In this document: one piece after another, positions 14,198 through 28,549 of the stretch
Layout of the letters: each line of letters begins with the position of its first letter
Numbering within the stretch: position 1 is the stretch's first letter
Notes under the pieces: model-generated
Databases searched by the model: none
The model's input: the letters and a program-made list of their open reading frames with translations, nothing else
What the model was told of the DNA's origin: nothing
Position numbers and translations under genes: made by a program
Source: Eledone cirrhosa
Lineage: Eukaryota
Direction: 5' to 3'
Assembly: GCA_964016885.1 (NCBI GenBank)
Contig: OZ024746.1
Coordinates: 78,368,001-78,432,000 of the forward strand
DNA length: 64,000 bases

Positions 14198-14355
14198 CAT
14201 GGGCTTCTGCAGTTTCCATCTACCAAATTCCACTCACAAGACATTGGTGAATCTGAAGATGTAGTAGAAGATACTTGCTCAAGGTGCCATGTAGTCAGAT
14301 TGAACCCTGAACTGACAGGTTGGGAAATGAACTCTTTAACCACTCAGCCATGTCT
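14198..14355 (-). mobile_element. SINE family 4 head, old copy
   Basis: agtttccatctaccaaattccactcacaag...gtagaagatacttgctcaaggtgcc...aaccactcagcc; related copy at ~55085-55232. Confidence 0.7.
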
Positions 14356-14598
14356 GAGCTTGTCATCTAGTTTTGCAATATTTACTGCAGCTGTTTCATT
14401 TTATTTCCATGACTAATCCAATTGTAAAAGGCATGAATGCCACAACTCCCCGTCCTTCTTCCCTTCAGTAAATACCAGCTAATCACTCATTGGCAATTAG
14501 CTCTGGATATGAAGTCATGCAATTGACTTTATCACATTTAACATGACATATATGGCATATTAATTCGTTCACATTGATTATTCTCTCTCTCTCTCTTC

Positions 14599-14629
<31 letters not shown>

Positions 14630-14786
14630 TCAAACTCTTTCTCTCACTCTCTCTCTGTATGTATTTTATTTATATATATATTTGTATATGTTTCTATGTA
14701 TGTGTGTATTGATATGTGTGTTTGTGTGTGTGCACGTACACATACAAATATATGTATATATATTGTATATATATATATATATATAT

Positions 14787-14955
14787 AACAAAGGAAGTGT
14801 GGTAAAGAACCAGGTGGACCATAATGCACCAGAGTACTCAATACTAAGGTAGTAGAGTGGATAATAGGAAAATGTTCGAGACCCGGCGGCAGAGCTCAAG
14901 CCATTTCGACTAGCCGTCGAAACGGCTTGAGCTCTGCCGTCGGGGTCTCGAACAT
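14787..14955 (-). mobile_element. Hairpin element family A copy 1 (putative Penelope-like pLTR derivative with half hammerhead)
   Basis: Starts after (TA)n with aacaaaggaagtgtggtaa; inverted arms 14872-14910 / 14916-14955; GAAACGGC-ttgagctct-GCCGTC at 14919-14941. Confidence 0.8.
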
Positions 14956-15715
14956 GTATATGTATATATACAAATACATAGTTATATGCATGTATATGTG
15001 TATATACAAATACTTAGTTACATACATGTATGTGTAATATATACAAATACATAAATATATACAAGTATATTTATATATACATACACATGTGTTCATCGTA
15101 TCTTTCTGCAGAATACCGTTTCTAGTTTCAGCTCCTTTTGTTACTATTAACCATACTTTCTGTGACATGTTTAAATCTAATATCCAGCCAGTTGTTTGTG
15201 TTATGTAAATTTAGAATTTAGCATAAAGATGGAATGTAAAATGTTGGTGGGAACAGCTGTTAGCTTCAGTGAACAAACAGAAATCCTGATTTATATAGAC
15301 AATAGGAATAAGCTTACTTTGAACTGTGCTGTTTGCTGACGGATCATTGTAAGATTGTAAGCCAATGATAACCATATTAACAGTTGAGCAATGGGATGAA
15401 GTAAAATGGATTATCTCAGAGAGGCGATGACGAAGGACTGAGCCAATTAGAGAGAGATGCTGTGATGGAAAGAACCCATCCAACCCATGCAAGCATGGAA
15501 AAGCGGACATAAAACAATGGCGATGGTGGTGATGATGATGATGATGATGATGATGAGTCATGTATTGAATAAACACATGACAATAAAAAATGTTACCAAC
15601 CCATCCATAACTGCTTCAGAGTGATCCATTTTAAAGTTTCCCTTTTATATTTAACCTTCCTACATAATTTTAAATCAGAAGAATATGTTAAGTTATGGTG
15701 TAAATACCATCTTAA

Positions 15716-15936
15716 CCCTTTAGTATTTACATTACTCTATATTTACTATTGTAATTTCATGGTAAAGTCTTTACCTGACATAATTATCTCACATAATACC
15801 AAATCTATGAGATTTTGATGTTATTCATTTTGAGAACAATACCTTAACATCAGTATGAGTGGCCAGTTACGGCTGGTTTGAACAGAAAGAGGTGAGAGAA
15901 TTCATTCCGTATACGGCCAGTTTAAATGCTAAAGTG
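15716..15936. mobile_element. piggyBac-like MITE family P, inserted into a TTAA of MITE family D
   Basis: TTAA|ccctttagtattta...taaatgctaaagtg|TTCA; homologous to 62237-62457; the flanks rejoin into family D sequence. Confidence 0.8.
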
Positions 15937-17233
15937 TTCATAATGAAATAATAAATACTTTTATCAAATCCTTCTAAATTATTCTTTATCTCTTTCAATA
16001 CCAAACTGCCAGAAACTGCCCTACATTTATGATACCAGTCTGCTCATTTTTAAATGTTTATTCTTATATTAAAACCTATTGTAATTTTATTTATGATACA
16101 AAACTGCTCATGATACAATGATAACAAAGGACTGTAACGAATGGTGGTATGCTTGGCTGGCAAAGATACATCCAACTCATGCAAGCGTAGAAAAGTGGAT
16201 GTAAGACGATGATGATGATGATGATGGAAGTCTTTAATATTTACTGTTTGCAGGACAGTAGATCTATCTGTTTCTAGTTGTCTTTTTGTTGTTTTTTTTT
16301 TTTCATTATTATTGTTTTTCTTGATTCCAGACAGATCAAGATCTAAAAGTATGTATTTTAAAGTTAAAAGTCTGTCTTGGATGTTGAGGGTTAGCAACTG
16401 AGAATACAAGACTTTTCCCCTGGAGATGATGCCAGTGTGTCACAAGGTTAACTTCCCTCCTCCCCAGTTGCTACTGTTCATTTTTTTCAACTGAGTGAAC
16501 TATAGCAACATGAACTGGAGTATCTTCCTCAAACACACAACTGACTGCTTGCTCCAGGAATTGAACCCAATACCCATCTATATGGTTACATGTCTTCTAC
16601 ATAGAATGTGACTTACAGTGTTACTTACTGCTCAAGGAGTGTTTTTACTCAATTACATGGATCTGTTGCAACAACTGTCACAAACTTGAAACATCATGTT
16701 CCTAATCATAACAGCACTCAATCCCTTTTTAATTATCTTCGTTTCCTGGTTTTAATCTAATTTCTTAAATGAGTTACTGAGATAATATTTAAAATTTTCT
16801 GACCTATTAATTTTGTCTTTCATGATCTGTCTGATCTATACTACATTTTCATTGATCTCACATCAAAAGATGGTTGGAGAGTTGAAGTTGATCAAAATGT
16901 TATTGTCAAATATTAAAGGTTGGGTTAATGGCAGTTGAGGAAATTTAAATTAGTCTTCACCTGGTTTACAAATTTCTTACACACCTTGATGAAATAGATT
17001 GGTCTTTACTTGTCGTGTATTCCGGAAATATTTCACTTTCACTCCTGGTATTGGAAGTGAGAAAAGGAAATGACAGGTTAATTCAATAATACTTTAGATT
17101 TTTTTTCTATCTTCATCCTCAGAATTTAGTTAACTCTTTCATTACCAGCCTGACTAAGGACATATCAAGCACCCTAGTGTTGTAATGAGGTAGTGCTGTT
17201 GCAACAGTAAAAGGCACTCAGCCCACTCAATCA

Positions 17234-18450
17234 AGTGGTAGTGTTGGTGCCATGACAAAGATCAACCAGTCTACCCTGTAAGGTGGTAGTGTTGGTGCCA
17301 TGACAAAGATCAACCAGTCAACCCTGTAAGGTGGTAGTACTGGTGCCATGACAAAGATCAACCAGTTAAACCTGTAAGGTGGTAGTGCTGGTGCCATGAC
17401 AAAGATCAACCAGTTAACCCTGTAAGGTGGTAGTGCTGGTGCCATGACAAAGATCAACCAGTTAACCCTGTAAGGTGGTAGTGCTGGTACCATGACAAAG
17501 ATCAACCAGTTAAACCTGTAAGGTGGTAGTGCTGGTGCCATGACAAAAAGCAACCAGTTAACCCTGTAAGGTGGTAGTGCTGGTGCCATGACAAAGATCA
17601 ACCAGTTAAACCTGTAAGGTGGTAGTGCTGGTGCCATGACAAAAAGCAACCAGTCAACCCTGTAAGGTGGTAGTGCTGGTGCCATGACAAAGATCAACCA
17701 GTCAACCCTGTAAGGTGGTAGTGCTGGTGCCATGACAAAGATCAACCAGTTAAACCTGTAAGGTGGTAGTGCTGGTGCCATGACAAAAAGCAACCAGTCA
17801 ACCCTGTAAGGTGGTAGTGCTGGTGCCATGACAAAGATCAACCAGTTAAACCTGTAAGGTGGTAGTGCTGGTGCCATGGCAAAGATCAACCAGTTAACCC
17901 TGTAAGGTGGTAGTGCTGGTACCATGACAAAGATCAACCAGTTAAACCTGTAAGGTGGTAGTGCTGGTGCCATGACAAAAAGCAACCAGTTAACCCTGTA
18001 AGGTGGTAGTGCTGGTGCCATGACAAAGATCAACCAGTTAAACCTGTAAGGTGGTAGTGCTGGTGCCATGACAAAAAGCAACCAGTCAACCCTGTAAGGT
18101 GGTAGTGCTGGTGCCATGACAAAGATCAACCAGTTAAACCTGTAAGGTGGTAGTGCTGGTGCCATGACAAAGATCAACCAGTCAACCCTGTAAGGTGGTA
18201 GTGCTGGTGCCATGACAAAGATCAACCAGTTAAACCTGTAAGGTGGTAGTGCTGGTGCCATGACAAAAAGCAACCAGTCAACCCTGTAAGGTGGTAGTGC
18301 TGGTGCCATGACAAAGATCAACCAGTTAAACCTGTAAGGTGGTAGTGCTGGTGCCATGACAAAAAGCAACCAGTCAACCCTGTAAGGTGGTAGTGCTGGT
18401 GCCATGACAAAGATCAACCAGTTAAACCTGTAAGGTGGTAGTGCTGGTGT
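17234..18450. repeat. 48 bp minisatellite, ~25 copies, expanded inside a SINE family 2 copy (SINE ~17195-18655)
   Basis: tggtgccatg recurs at 17341, 17389 and onward; the array runs directly into aagtggttggcattatgaagggcatccagcc...(gatggt)n tail. Confidence 0.95.
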
Positions 18451-18659
18451 CCTGATAAAATGCTCACAGTCTACACTGCAAAGTGGTTGGCATTATGAAG
18501 GGCATCCAGCCATAGAAAGCGAGCCAAAAGCAGAGTGTATGGGCAAAATGAAGCCACCTGACCAATATGTATGTGACACTCTTTGCTAACCCATACAAGT
18601 ATGGAAAATAAATGTTAATCAGTGGTGATGGTGATGGTGATGGTGATGGTGATGAGTGG

Positions 18660-18915
18660 AAGGGTTCTGATCATAGATTTGCTCAATCAAAGTTGACCTG
18701 TAAAAGACATGATGGTCAAGAATGGATATGTTCTGACCATAGCTTTGCTCAATGAGGGTTCACCTGCAAAAGACAGGATCGTCGCAACTGGACGAGTGGG
18801 CTCCGATCATAGGGAGGTTGGTTGAGCTGTAAAATACAGGATGGTCACGGTTGGAAGGCTTTTTTTCTCATACATAGCCTTGCTCAATCATGGTTGACAT
18901 GTAAGCCAAACTAGC
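18660..18915 (+). repeat. Degenerate ~65 bp tandem repeat, ~4 copies, probably a SINE 3' segment
   Basis: catag...ttgctcaat...gttgacctgtaaaagacaggatggtca recurs; related sequence at ~27100-27240. Confidence 0.55.
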
Positions 18916-19239
18916 AACTACACTCCACTGCTTTAATATATTGCATTATAATAGCTCAACATAGCTGATAGGCCTAGTTAATACTGCATGAGTCATTCTT
19001 ATTGACAGGTCATTAGCTCGAGTATCAATTGCTTCATATGCATTGTATATACCTTAATATTTGCACCTGTCTGCGGTGGCATTGTTATTGATGTGTGTAC
19101 ATGTGTGCATCCATGCAAGTGTAGCAAGCAGCTACCTTTTGTTGGCATTATTTTCGTAAATGGTTATGTTTTATTCATTTTTATGTTTACTACCAATTCA
19201 TATTTCCGCCCTATATACAAATAAACATGGATGCAAACA

Positions 19240-19255
19240 TGTATATATATGTGTA

Positions 19256-19309
<54 letters not shown>

Positions 19310-19524
19310 GCAGTGTGTATATATATATACATCAATATATGCTACTCTGCATTTACTTCATTGCATTTATGTACACAACTACACAGCCATGTTAGAGATA
19401 CTTGCATTTGGATATGTCTATTTATATTTGCATCTATGCATGTGTATGTGTATATATATGTATGTCTCTCTCTCTCTATATATATATGTATATGTGTGTG
19501 TGTGTGTATATATATATGTGTATA

Positions 19525-19583
<59 letters not shown>

Positions 19584-19626
19584 CAAAATAGAGAGAAGAA
19601 AACATGAAAAAGTATGTTTTCATTTT

Positions 19627-19664
<38 letters not shown>

Positions 19665-20012
19665 GAGGGGGGGGGCTATAATGTATATACTTTTCATGTT
19701 TGTATGCATACATATTCATATATAATGCTTGTGTACACACACACACACAACAGATTGTAGGATCATAAGGTGCATATATTCAAACACACATATGCATACA
19801 TATATACATACACACATATGCAGGCATACATACATACAAACACACATATGCATACATACATACATACATACAAACAAACACACATATGCATACATACATA
19901 CATACATACAAACACACATATGCATACATACAAACATATATAGACATCACACACACGACTTGTCTTTCAATCATACAACCATTCTCTTATTTTTCTCTCT
20001 CTTCCTCTTCTT

Positions 20013-20076
<64 letters not shown>

Positions 20077-20624
20077 GTATGTATATATGTCTGTGTGTGT
20101 GTGTGTGTTTGTACGTATGTGCATGTGTGTGTATATGTGTGTGTATATGCATGTGTGTATGTGTATATATATGTGTATGTATGTATGTATATATACATAT
20201 ATATGTGTATGTATATGTATGTATATGTACATATATATGTGTATGTATATGTATGTATATGTACTTATATATGTGTATATATATGTATGTATATGTAAAT
20301 ATATACATATATATGTATATGTATGCATATGTACATATATATGTGTATATATATGTATGTATATGTACATATATATGTGTATATATATGTATATGTACAT
20401 ATATATGTATGTATATGTACATATATATATATGTATATGTATATGTATGTACATATATATGTGTGTATATATATGTATGTATATATCATCATCATCATCA
20501 TCTTCGTTTAACATCCATATACATATGTGTATGTATATATACATATATATGTGTATATATATACATATATATATACAGTATATATGCGTGTGTGTGTGTG
20601 TATATGTATATATATAGATATGTG

Positions 20625-20655
<31 letters not shown>

Positions 20656-20670
20656 CCATATATACATATA
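19240..20670. repeat. (TA)n/(CA)n/(TATG)n microsatellite field
   Basis: Directly visible. Confidence 0.9.
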
Positions 20671-20884
20671 TGGATATCCCCCACCCAACCCCGCTCTCTT
20701 TCCTCTCCCCTCCCACTGTTAACATATAAAGGCTTTCCTGATCTTCAGTACCTATCCAGGGTATATGAAATAGGGAGCTGTTTGTCAAAGTCAATTAGGG
20801 ATGTCCAATGGGGCAGCTCTGTTTTACATGCTTCACTAACAACGTCAGCTGCAAGTAGTGGAAGACTTTGGATAAGTGGTGTTT

Positions 20885-23800
20885 CGATGGTGGGCTGGCT
20901 GGTTGGATGGTTGGATGGTTGGTTGGATGGTTGGTTGGTTGGTTGGATGGTTGGTTGGATGGTTGGTGGCTGTGAGGGGTGTCGAGGTACTGGTGGTGGT
21001 GGTGGTGGGGGTTGTTGTTGTTGTGGTGGTGGTAGTGGTGGTGGTGGTTGTTGTAGTGGTTGTGGTGATGGTGGTGGTGGTTGTTGTTGTGGTGTGGTGG
21101 TGGTGGTGGTGGTTGTGGTGTGGTGGTGGTTGTGGTGTGGTGATGGTGGTGGTGGTTGTTGTAGTGGTTGTGGTGATGGTGGTGGTGGTTGTTGTAGTGG
21201 TTGTGGTGTCGAGGTACTGGTGGTGGTGGTGGTGGTGGTTGTTGTAGTGGTGGTGGTGATGGTGGTGGTGGTTGTTGTAGTGGTTGTGGTGTGGTGGTGG
21301 TGGTTGTGGTGGTGGTTGTTGTAGTGGTTGTGGTGTGGTGATGGTGGTGGTGGTGGTTGTTGTTGTGGTTGTGGTGTGGTGATGGTGGTGGTGGTGGTTG
21401 TTGTTGTGGTGTGGTGGTGGTGGTGGTTGTGGTTGTTGTAGTGGTTGTGGTGTGGTGATGGTGGTGGTGGTGGTTGTGGTGATGGTGATGGTGGTGGTGG
21501 TTGTGGTGTGGTGATGGTGGTGGTTGTTGTAGTTGTGGTGGTGGTTGTTGTGGTGTGGTGATGGTGGTGGTGGTGGTGGTGGTGGTGGTGTGGTGATGGT
21601 GGTGGTGGTTGTTGTAGTGGTTGTGGCGTGGTGGTGGTGGTTGTTGTAGTGGTTGTGGTGTGGTGATGGTGGTGGTGGTGGTGATGGTGGTGGTGGTGGT
21701 GGTGGTGGTTGTGGTGTGGTGATGGTGGTGGTGGTGGTTGTGGTGATGGTGGTGGTTGTTTGTAGTGGTTGTGGTGTGGTGATGGTGGTGGTTGTTGTGG
21801 TGTGGTGATGGTGGTGGTGGTGGTTGTTGTAGTTGTGGTGGTGGTTGTTGTGGTTGTGGTGTGGTGGTGGTGGTGGTTGTGGTGGTGGTGGTTGTGGTGT
21901 TGGTGGTGGTGGTGGTTGTTGTAGTGGTTGTGGTGTGGTGATGGTGGTGGTGATGGTGTTTCAATGGTAGACTCGCTGGTTGGATGGTTGGATGGTTGCA
22001 GTGAGGGGTGTTGAGGTAATTGTGGTGGTGGTGGTGGTTGTTGGTAGTGGTTGTGGTGGTGGTGGTGGTGTTTCAATGGTAGACTCGCTGGTTGGATGGT
22101 TGGCTGGTGGTAGTGAGTGGTAGTGGTGGTGGTGGTGTTGTTGTGCTAATGGTTGTGGTGGTGGTAGTGGTGGTGGTGTTGTTGTGATGGTGGTGTTGTG
22201 GTTGTGGTAGTGGTGGTGGTGGTGTTGTTGTGATGGTGGTGTTGTGGTTGTGGTAGTGGTGGTGGTGGTGTTGTTGTGATGGTGGTGTTGCTGGCTGTTG
22301 TGGTGGTTGAGTCGTAGCAGTGAGGGGGTATCTAGGTAATTGTGGTGGTTGTTGTTGTTGTGGTGGTGGTGGTGGTAGTGGTCTTTTGATGGTTGGCTTG
22401 GCGGCTGGCAGGCTGGTGGTGGTGGTGGTGTTGGTGGTTGTTGGGATTGTGGTGCTAGTGGTAACAATGAGGGGGGGTGTCTATCATTTTAGATTGCTGT
22501 AATAATGGTGGCGGTGGTGATGGTGGCAGCAGTGAAGGGTGTCTGTAGTTTTAGACTCTATTGTAATAGTGGTGGTGGTGGTGGTGGTGGTGGTGGTACT
22601 AGTGGTGGTGGTGATGGCGTTAGTAGTAGTGGTGGTCGTTGTGGTGGTGTTGGTGGTGGTAGTAGTGTTGGTGGTGGTAGTAGTGGTGGTGGTGGTGGTG
22701 CTGGTGTTGGTGGTGGTGCTTGGATGATTGAGTAGCTGGTTGGCTAGCCAAGGCAGTGGTGGATATAGATTGTTGTTAGAGTGGTGGTGTGGTGTGGTAG
22801 AGGTGGTAGTACATAGTGGTGGTGAAGCATGGGGTTGTACACTGTAAATAGTGTAGCTTGGATGGCTGAGGTGGATGTAGGCTTCAGTATTATGGTGGTA
22901 TGGGTGTGAGTATGAGGTGGTGGTAGTAGCAGTAGTAGTAGTGGTGGTGGTGGAATAGAATTTGGATAAGTGGTGCTTGTATGGCTGGGTGGTAGTGGTA
23001 GTGGTAGGTGGTGGTATGTTGTGGTATGGGTGGTGGTGGTATGTTGTGGTATGGGTGGTGGTGGTAGGTGGTGATGTGAAGTGGTATGGGTGTTAGTGGT
23101 AGGTGGTGATGTGAAGTGGTATGGGTTGTAGTGGTAGGTGGTGATGTGACGTGGTATGGGTGCTTAGATGGGTGGTGGTGGTAAGTTGTGGTATGGGTGG
23201 TAGTGGTAGGTGGTAATATGAAGTGGTATGGGTGTTAGTGGTAGGTAGTGATGTGAAGTGGTATGGGTTGTAGTGGTAGGTGGTGATGTGACGTGGTATG
23301 GGCCCTTATATGGGTGGTGGTGGTAGGTGGTGGTATGTTGTGGTATGGGTGGTAGTGGTAGGTGGTGATGTGAAGTGGTATGGGTGGTAGTGGTAGGTGG
23401 TGATGTGAAGTGGTATGGGTGGTAGTGGTAGGTGGTGATGTGAAGTGGTATGGGTGGTAGTGGTAGGTGGTGATGTGAAGTGGTATGGGTGGTAGTGGTA
23501 GGTGGTGATGTGAAGTGGTATGGGTGGTAGTCGGGGGGAGGGGGGGGGGCTGAAGTGGTATGGGTGGTAGAGGTAGGTAGTGATGTGTAGTGGCATGGAT
23601 GCTTAGATGGATGGTAGGGTGGTTGAAGTAGTGGTTGTAGATTTTAATAGTAGTGTAGCTTGGGGAGATGTCTGGTGGTAGACTGTTGTATTTTGGTGGT
23701 GGTGGTGGTGGTGGTGGTGGTGGTGGTGACAGTGGTGATTGGGTGGTGGTGGTGGTGGTGGTGTATGTTTACAGGGGGGTTGGTGGTGTTATGGTAACTA

Positions 23801-23945
23801 TTATGTAGTTGATCAGTATGATGATAATGATGGTGGTGTTGGGCTTTCTAGTGGTGATGACAGTGGTGATTGGGTGGTGGTGGTAGTGGTGACAGTGGTG
23901 ATGGTGGTGGAGGTGGTGGAGGTGGAGGTGGTGGTGGTAGTGGTA
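20885..23945. repeat. (GTG/GTT)-rich array including a 35 bp minisatellite at ~22990-23600
   Basis: tgatgtgaagtggtatgggtggtagtggtaggtgg has period 35 (23401, 23436). Confidence 0.9.
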
Positions 23946-24409
23946 GAAGCCCTGAATAAGGGTAACTTGAATGAGGTAAATCAGAAGTAAAGCAGATCTT
24001 CAAATTTAAGGTCAAGTGTTTAGAATCTCCAACCACATACACATCCACAGAAGCACACATACACACACACACAATACACATAAACCACACACACACACAC
24101 ACACTCAATACACATGAACCACATACACATACTATATAAATGCACACAAACCCCACATGCAGATGTACACACAACAGACATGAACCAGACTCACGCACAA
24201 ACCATATACACACACACACAGTTGTACACAATATACACACACTACACAAATGTAAGCATAATACACACATTCCTACCACACACACACATATACATACAAA
24301 CCATACACAGTATGTATATATATATATGTATATGTATACACACACATACACATCTGATGACCATACATCCGCTCTGTTTTAAAAATCACCCAGTCCTTTC
24401 CACCCATGT

Positions 24410-25214
24410 ACCACTATTACCACCACCACCACCATTACCTCCACCGCCACCATAATCTCCACTACCACCACCATCTCCACCTTCACCTCCACCATCACTA
24501 CCATCACCACTACCACCACCACTACCACCACTACCACAACCACCATCACATTCACCACCACCTCCACTACCACCACGACCACAACCACCACCATCACTAC
24601 CACCACCATCATCACCACCACCACTACCACCACTACCACCAGCACACTACCACAACCACCATCACATTCACCACCATCACCACTACCACCACTACCCCAA
24701 CCACCATCACCACTACCACCACTACCACCACCACCACTACCACTAGCACCACTACCACAACCACCATCACATTCACCACCATCACCACCACTACCACCAC
24801 TACCACAACCACCACTACCACAACCACCATCACCACTACCACAACCACCATCACATTCACCTCCACTACCACCAGCACCACCACCACCATCATCCCCACC
24901 ATCCGTTTCTCCAATCCCCCAAAACACTTCCTTAATTTCCACCAGAATGCACCCTGTGCACTACTGCAAGTAACTATGCATCTCTCTCACTCTCTCTAAA
25001 CCTCTATCTCTCTCTCTCTCTTTCTCTATCTCTCAGTCTCTCTCAGTCTCTCTCTCACTCTCTCTCTCTCTCTCTAAACCTCTGTCTCTCTTTTCTCTCT
25101 ATCTCTCTCTCTCTACTGTTCTCTCTCAATCTCTCTCTCTCTCTCTTTCTCTAAACCTCTCTCTCTATCTCTCTATCTCTCAGTCTCTCTCTCTCTCTCT
25201 AAACCTCTGTCTAT

Positions 25215-25255
<41 letters not shown>

Positions 25256-25332
25256 TGTTCTCTCTCTCTCTCTATCTCAAAATCTCTCTATTCTCTCTCT
25301 ATCCCCCCCCCTCTCTCTCTCTCTCTCTCTCA
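24410..25332. repeat. (CAC)-rich array followed by a (CT)n-rich array
   Basis: Directly visible. Confidence 0.9.
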
Positions 25333-25666
25333 TATAGAGAGAGCAGGGTAGTAGGTTCACTCCTTGCTATTGTTCTAACACAGAACTAAAAATAAAAGTA
25401 TTTTCTTTCTACCAACCCCCACCTCATACCTCCTACCCCCACCCATACCTCCCACAATTTTGATTTTTTTTTTTTTTTTTCTTGTGTAGATTGTAGGGGA
25501 GGCAGGGTTCTTTCATTTTTTAAATATTTACTGCGGGGTGGGGATTTGATGGTTGTGGTAATGATAATTCCAGTATTTTGTATTTTTGTTGTAGTGGGAC
25601 GGGTAGGGGAGTAGCGTGTCTGGTATATTCCTCCACACATAGCATCTGTGATTTTTTTTTGTGTGC

Positions 25667-25704
<38 letters not shown>

Positions 25705-25874
25705 ATGTGTATGTGTAGGGTTCTTTCCTTATATTTTATATGTATATATATATATGTATATGTATATGTATATATATGTATATGTATGTATATGTATATG
25801 TATATATATGTATATATACATATATGTGTGTATGTATATATACTCTTTTACCTCTCTTTTACCTGTTTCAGCCA

Positions 25875-26165
25875 TATATATATATAAATATACATATTTA
25901 TATATATATAAATATACATATTTATATATATATATATAAATATACATATTTATATATTTATATATATAAATATACATATTTATATATATATATATATAAA
26001 TATACATATTTATATATATATATATATAAATATACATATTTATATATATATATATATAAATATACATATTTATATATATATATATATATAAATATACATA
26101 TTTATATATATATATATATATAAATATACATATTTATATATATATATATATATATATACATATTA
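25875..26165. repeat. ~30 bp AT minisatellite with near-palindromic unit (tatataaatatacatatttatata)
   Basis: aaatatacatattt recurs about every 30 bp. Confidence 0.85.
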
Positions 26166-26864
26166 TATATATATATATATATATATTCTTCTTCTTCTTC
26201 TTCTTACTTTACTGTAAACCCCCCCCCCCCCCCGTCCTTCTTTAATCAGCTACCTCCTGCATTTTGTTTTCTGTTATAGTCCTGGCATGAGGTGTGGGGG
26301 TGTGTAGGAGAGGCCTGAGAGGTGTGAGTTGGGGGTTTCCTCTTACCTTGGAACTTATTCAACAGGGATTAGGCAAGGGAGAAAAGGGGCAGGAAGGAAA
26401 AATTAAACCAAAACAACAACAAAAATAATTCAAAAGTATAATAAAACAAGAAAGAGATTCCCTTGTAATTTTTTTCTCTTTCACTCTCATTTCCGTTTCT
26501 TCCTCTTCTTTCCCTTCTTTTACTTTTACTCCCCCCTCCCCTCTATCTCCATCTCTTCTTCCTAAAATCCTCCTCTACCCACTCCCTTTACTATTTCCTT
26601 CAATATTCTTTTCACCTCTATTCCTTCTTCACATTTTCTCTCCCTTATATTTTCTTCTCCTTCTCTCCTGATAGTTTTGTTTCCCTTTCTTTTTCTCTCT
26701 CTAGTTGTATGTCTGCCTTTTTTCTTCTTTTCTCCCAAAACAATCTTCCTGTCCTTTTTTGTTGTTTTTGATGAAGGACTATCATCTGAAACTTTAACAC
26801 TATTTTATTACTTTATTCAAGCATTAAACTAGTATACTGTTATTGTAATGTATTGTTCTTTATC

Positions 26865-27076
26865 TTTCTGCATTTACATTACTCCATATATATACTATTG
26901 TATTTTTGTGATATAGGCTTTACCTCACATAATATCAGATCTATGAGATTTTGATATTGTTTATATTGAGATCAATATCTTAAAATAAGTATGAGCGGCC
27001 AGTTATGACTGGTTCGAACAGAAAGATGTGAGAGTATTCAGGCTAGATATGGCCAGTTTAAATGCTAGAGGGTTAA
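26865..27076. mobile_element. piggyBac-like MITE family P, left TIR decayed
   Basis: gcatttacattactc...ggccagtttaaatgctagagggTTAA. Confidence 0.75.
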
Positions 27077-27675
27077 GACATTAGCAGATGCCTTGAACTA
27101 ATGTCTGCTCAATGAGAACTGACCTGGGGCTAAATAACAACCTCTGAACGAAGCTACTTACAAGACAGGGTGGTCATGGCTGAGATATCTTTGATAACAG
27201 GTCTACGCATTCTGTGTGCATCTGGTTTAGAATAGGTGAACCATATCTCTGCATGTTGTAAGAGGTAACTAAAAGGAATAGCGCTAGATTTTGCTGTGAA
27301 AATTTACCTTGAAAAGGACTCCCACCATAATGTGTAAGAATAAAGCTTGTCATGTAACCCGCAAGGCTAACTCCTGCTCTTCTAGGAAAATGACCTTGAA
27401 ATGCTCTTGTTGTTGTTGTTGTTGTTGTTGTTGTATTTATAAGTTTCAAGAAAACCCAGGTACATGACTCACTGGGTTTCCCTTTTCATTTCACTTCACT
27501 GTCTCATCAGTAATGCCCTTAGAAACAGCCATGCATGTCATCCTCACTCATTTCTCCTCTCTTTTAAATCTGAGATGACAACAATAATAATGATAATAGT
27601 AATAATAATGAATTCCCATCATATGACTTCTTACAATTACTTGTAATGGTTAATGTAAAATGTCAGCATCAACGT

Positions 27676-27706
<31 letters not shown>

Positions 27707-27817
27707 TTTTATACATATATTTATTTATATATATATGTGTGTGTGTGTGTGTGTTTTTTTTTTAACATATATTTATATATATATGTGTGTGTGTGTGTTT
27801 GTATATATATATTTATT

Positions 27818-27900
<83 letters not shown>

Positions 27901-28549
27901 ATCGGTATCTTTGTTTTGTCTTTGAATTTTGCTACTTCTGAAGGAGTCACATTTTTGTGGTGGTGGTAAGGTAGTGGGGAGGGGGATGAGAGATAATAGG
28001 TACAGAAGGTGAGGGGGGTGCTGCTTCTGCTGGTGGTGGTGGTGGTGGGGTGGGCAGAAGGAGATGATACCGAAGCCCTTATTGATAAAATCCCTTACCC
28101 TGGACTGAACATAATTCCCATGCTTTCTTCATTTCTGGGGAACTGGAAAACATCTTTATTTCCCCCTATTCTTATCCCCACCCCCACATCCGTACTTATC
28201 CCCCACCCCATCCCATTCACTTACATATTCCCCTAGTCCCTAGTTTTATAATTCTCCCTCATCCCCTCCACCTCCATACCACCCCAGCCCACCACTGACA
28301 ATGTCAATCAGTTCTAGTGCATTCCTTCTTTTCCCTCCCTCCCTCCCTCCTACCACCACCACCACCTAGTCCACCCTACCTCCTTCACCCTCTCTTTCCT
28401 CTTAGTCTTTTGTTCTTTCTATTTTTCTTTCTTTTTTCTCCCCCCCCCCCCCGAGGGGTGGGGATGGGTGGTCCTTCATTTGTTTCTTGCTTTCTTTGTT
28501 TTTCTGTATAACTTCCCTTTCTCCATACCCTAACCCCCTTTCTGACCTT

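Noticed and set aside
17186-17208. let-7-like tgaggtagtgctgttgcaacagt
   Set aside because: Only the first 9 nt match, no precursor hairpin is evident, and it is a degenerate unit of the SINE-derived repeat.
17234-18450. CRISPR-like regular array
   Set aside because: Units are contiguous with no unique spacers, there are no cas genes, and the context is eukaryotic; the same applies to 7277-8537.
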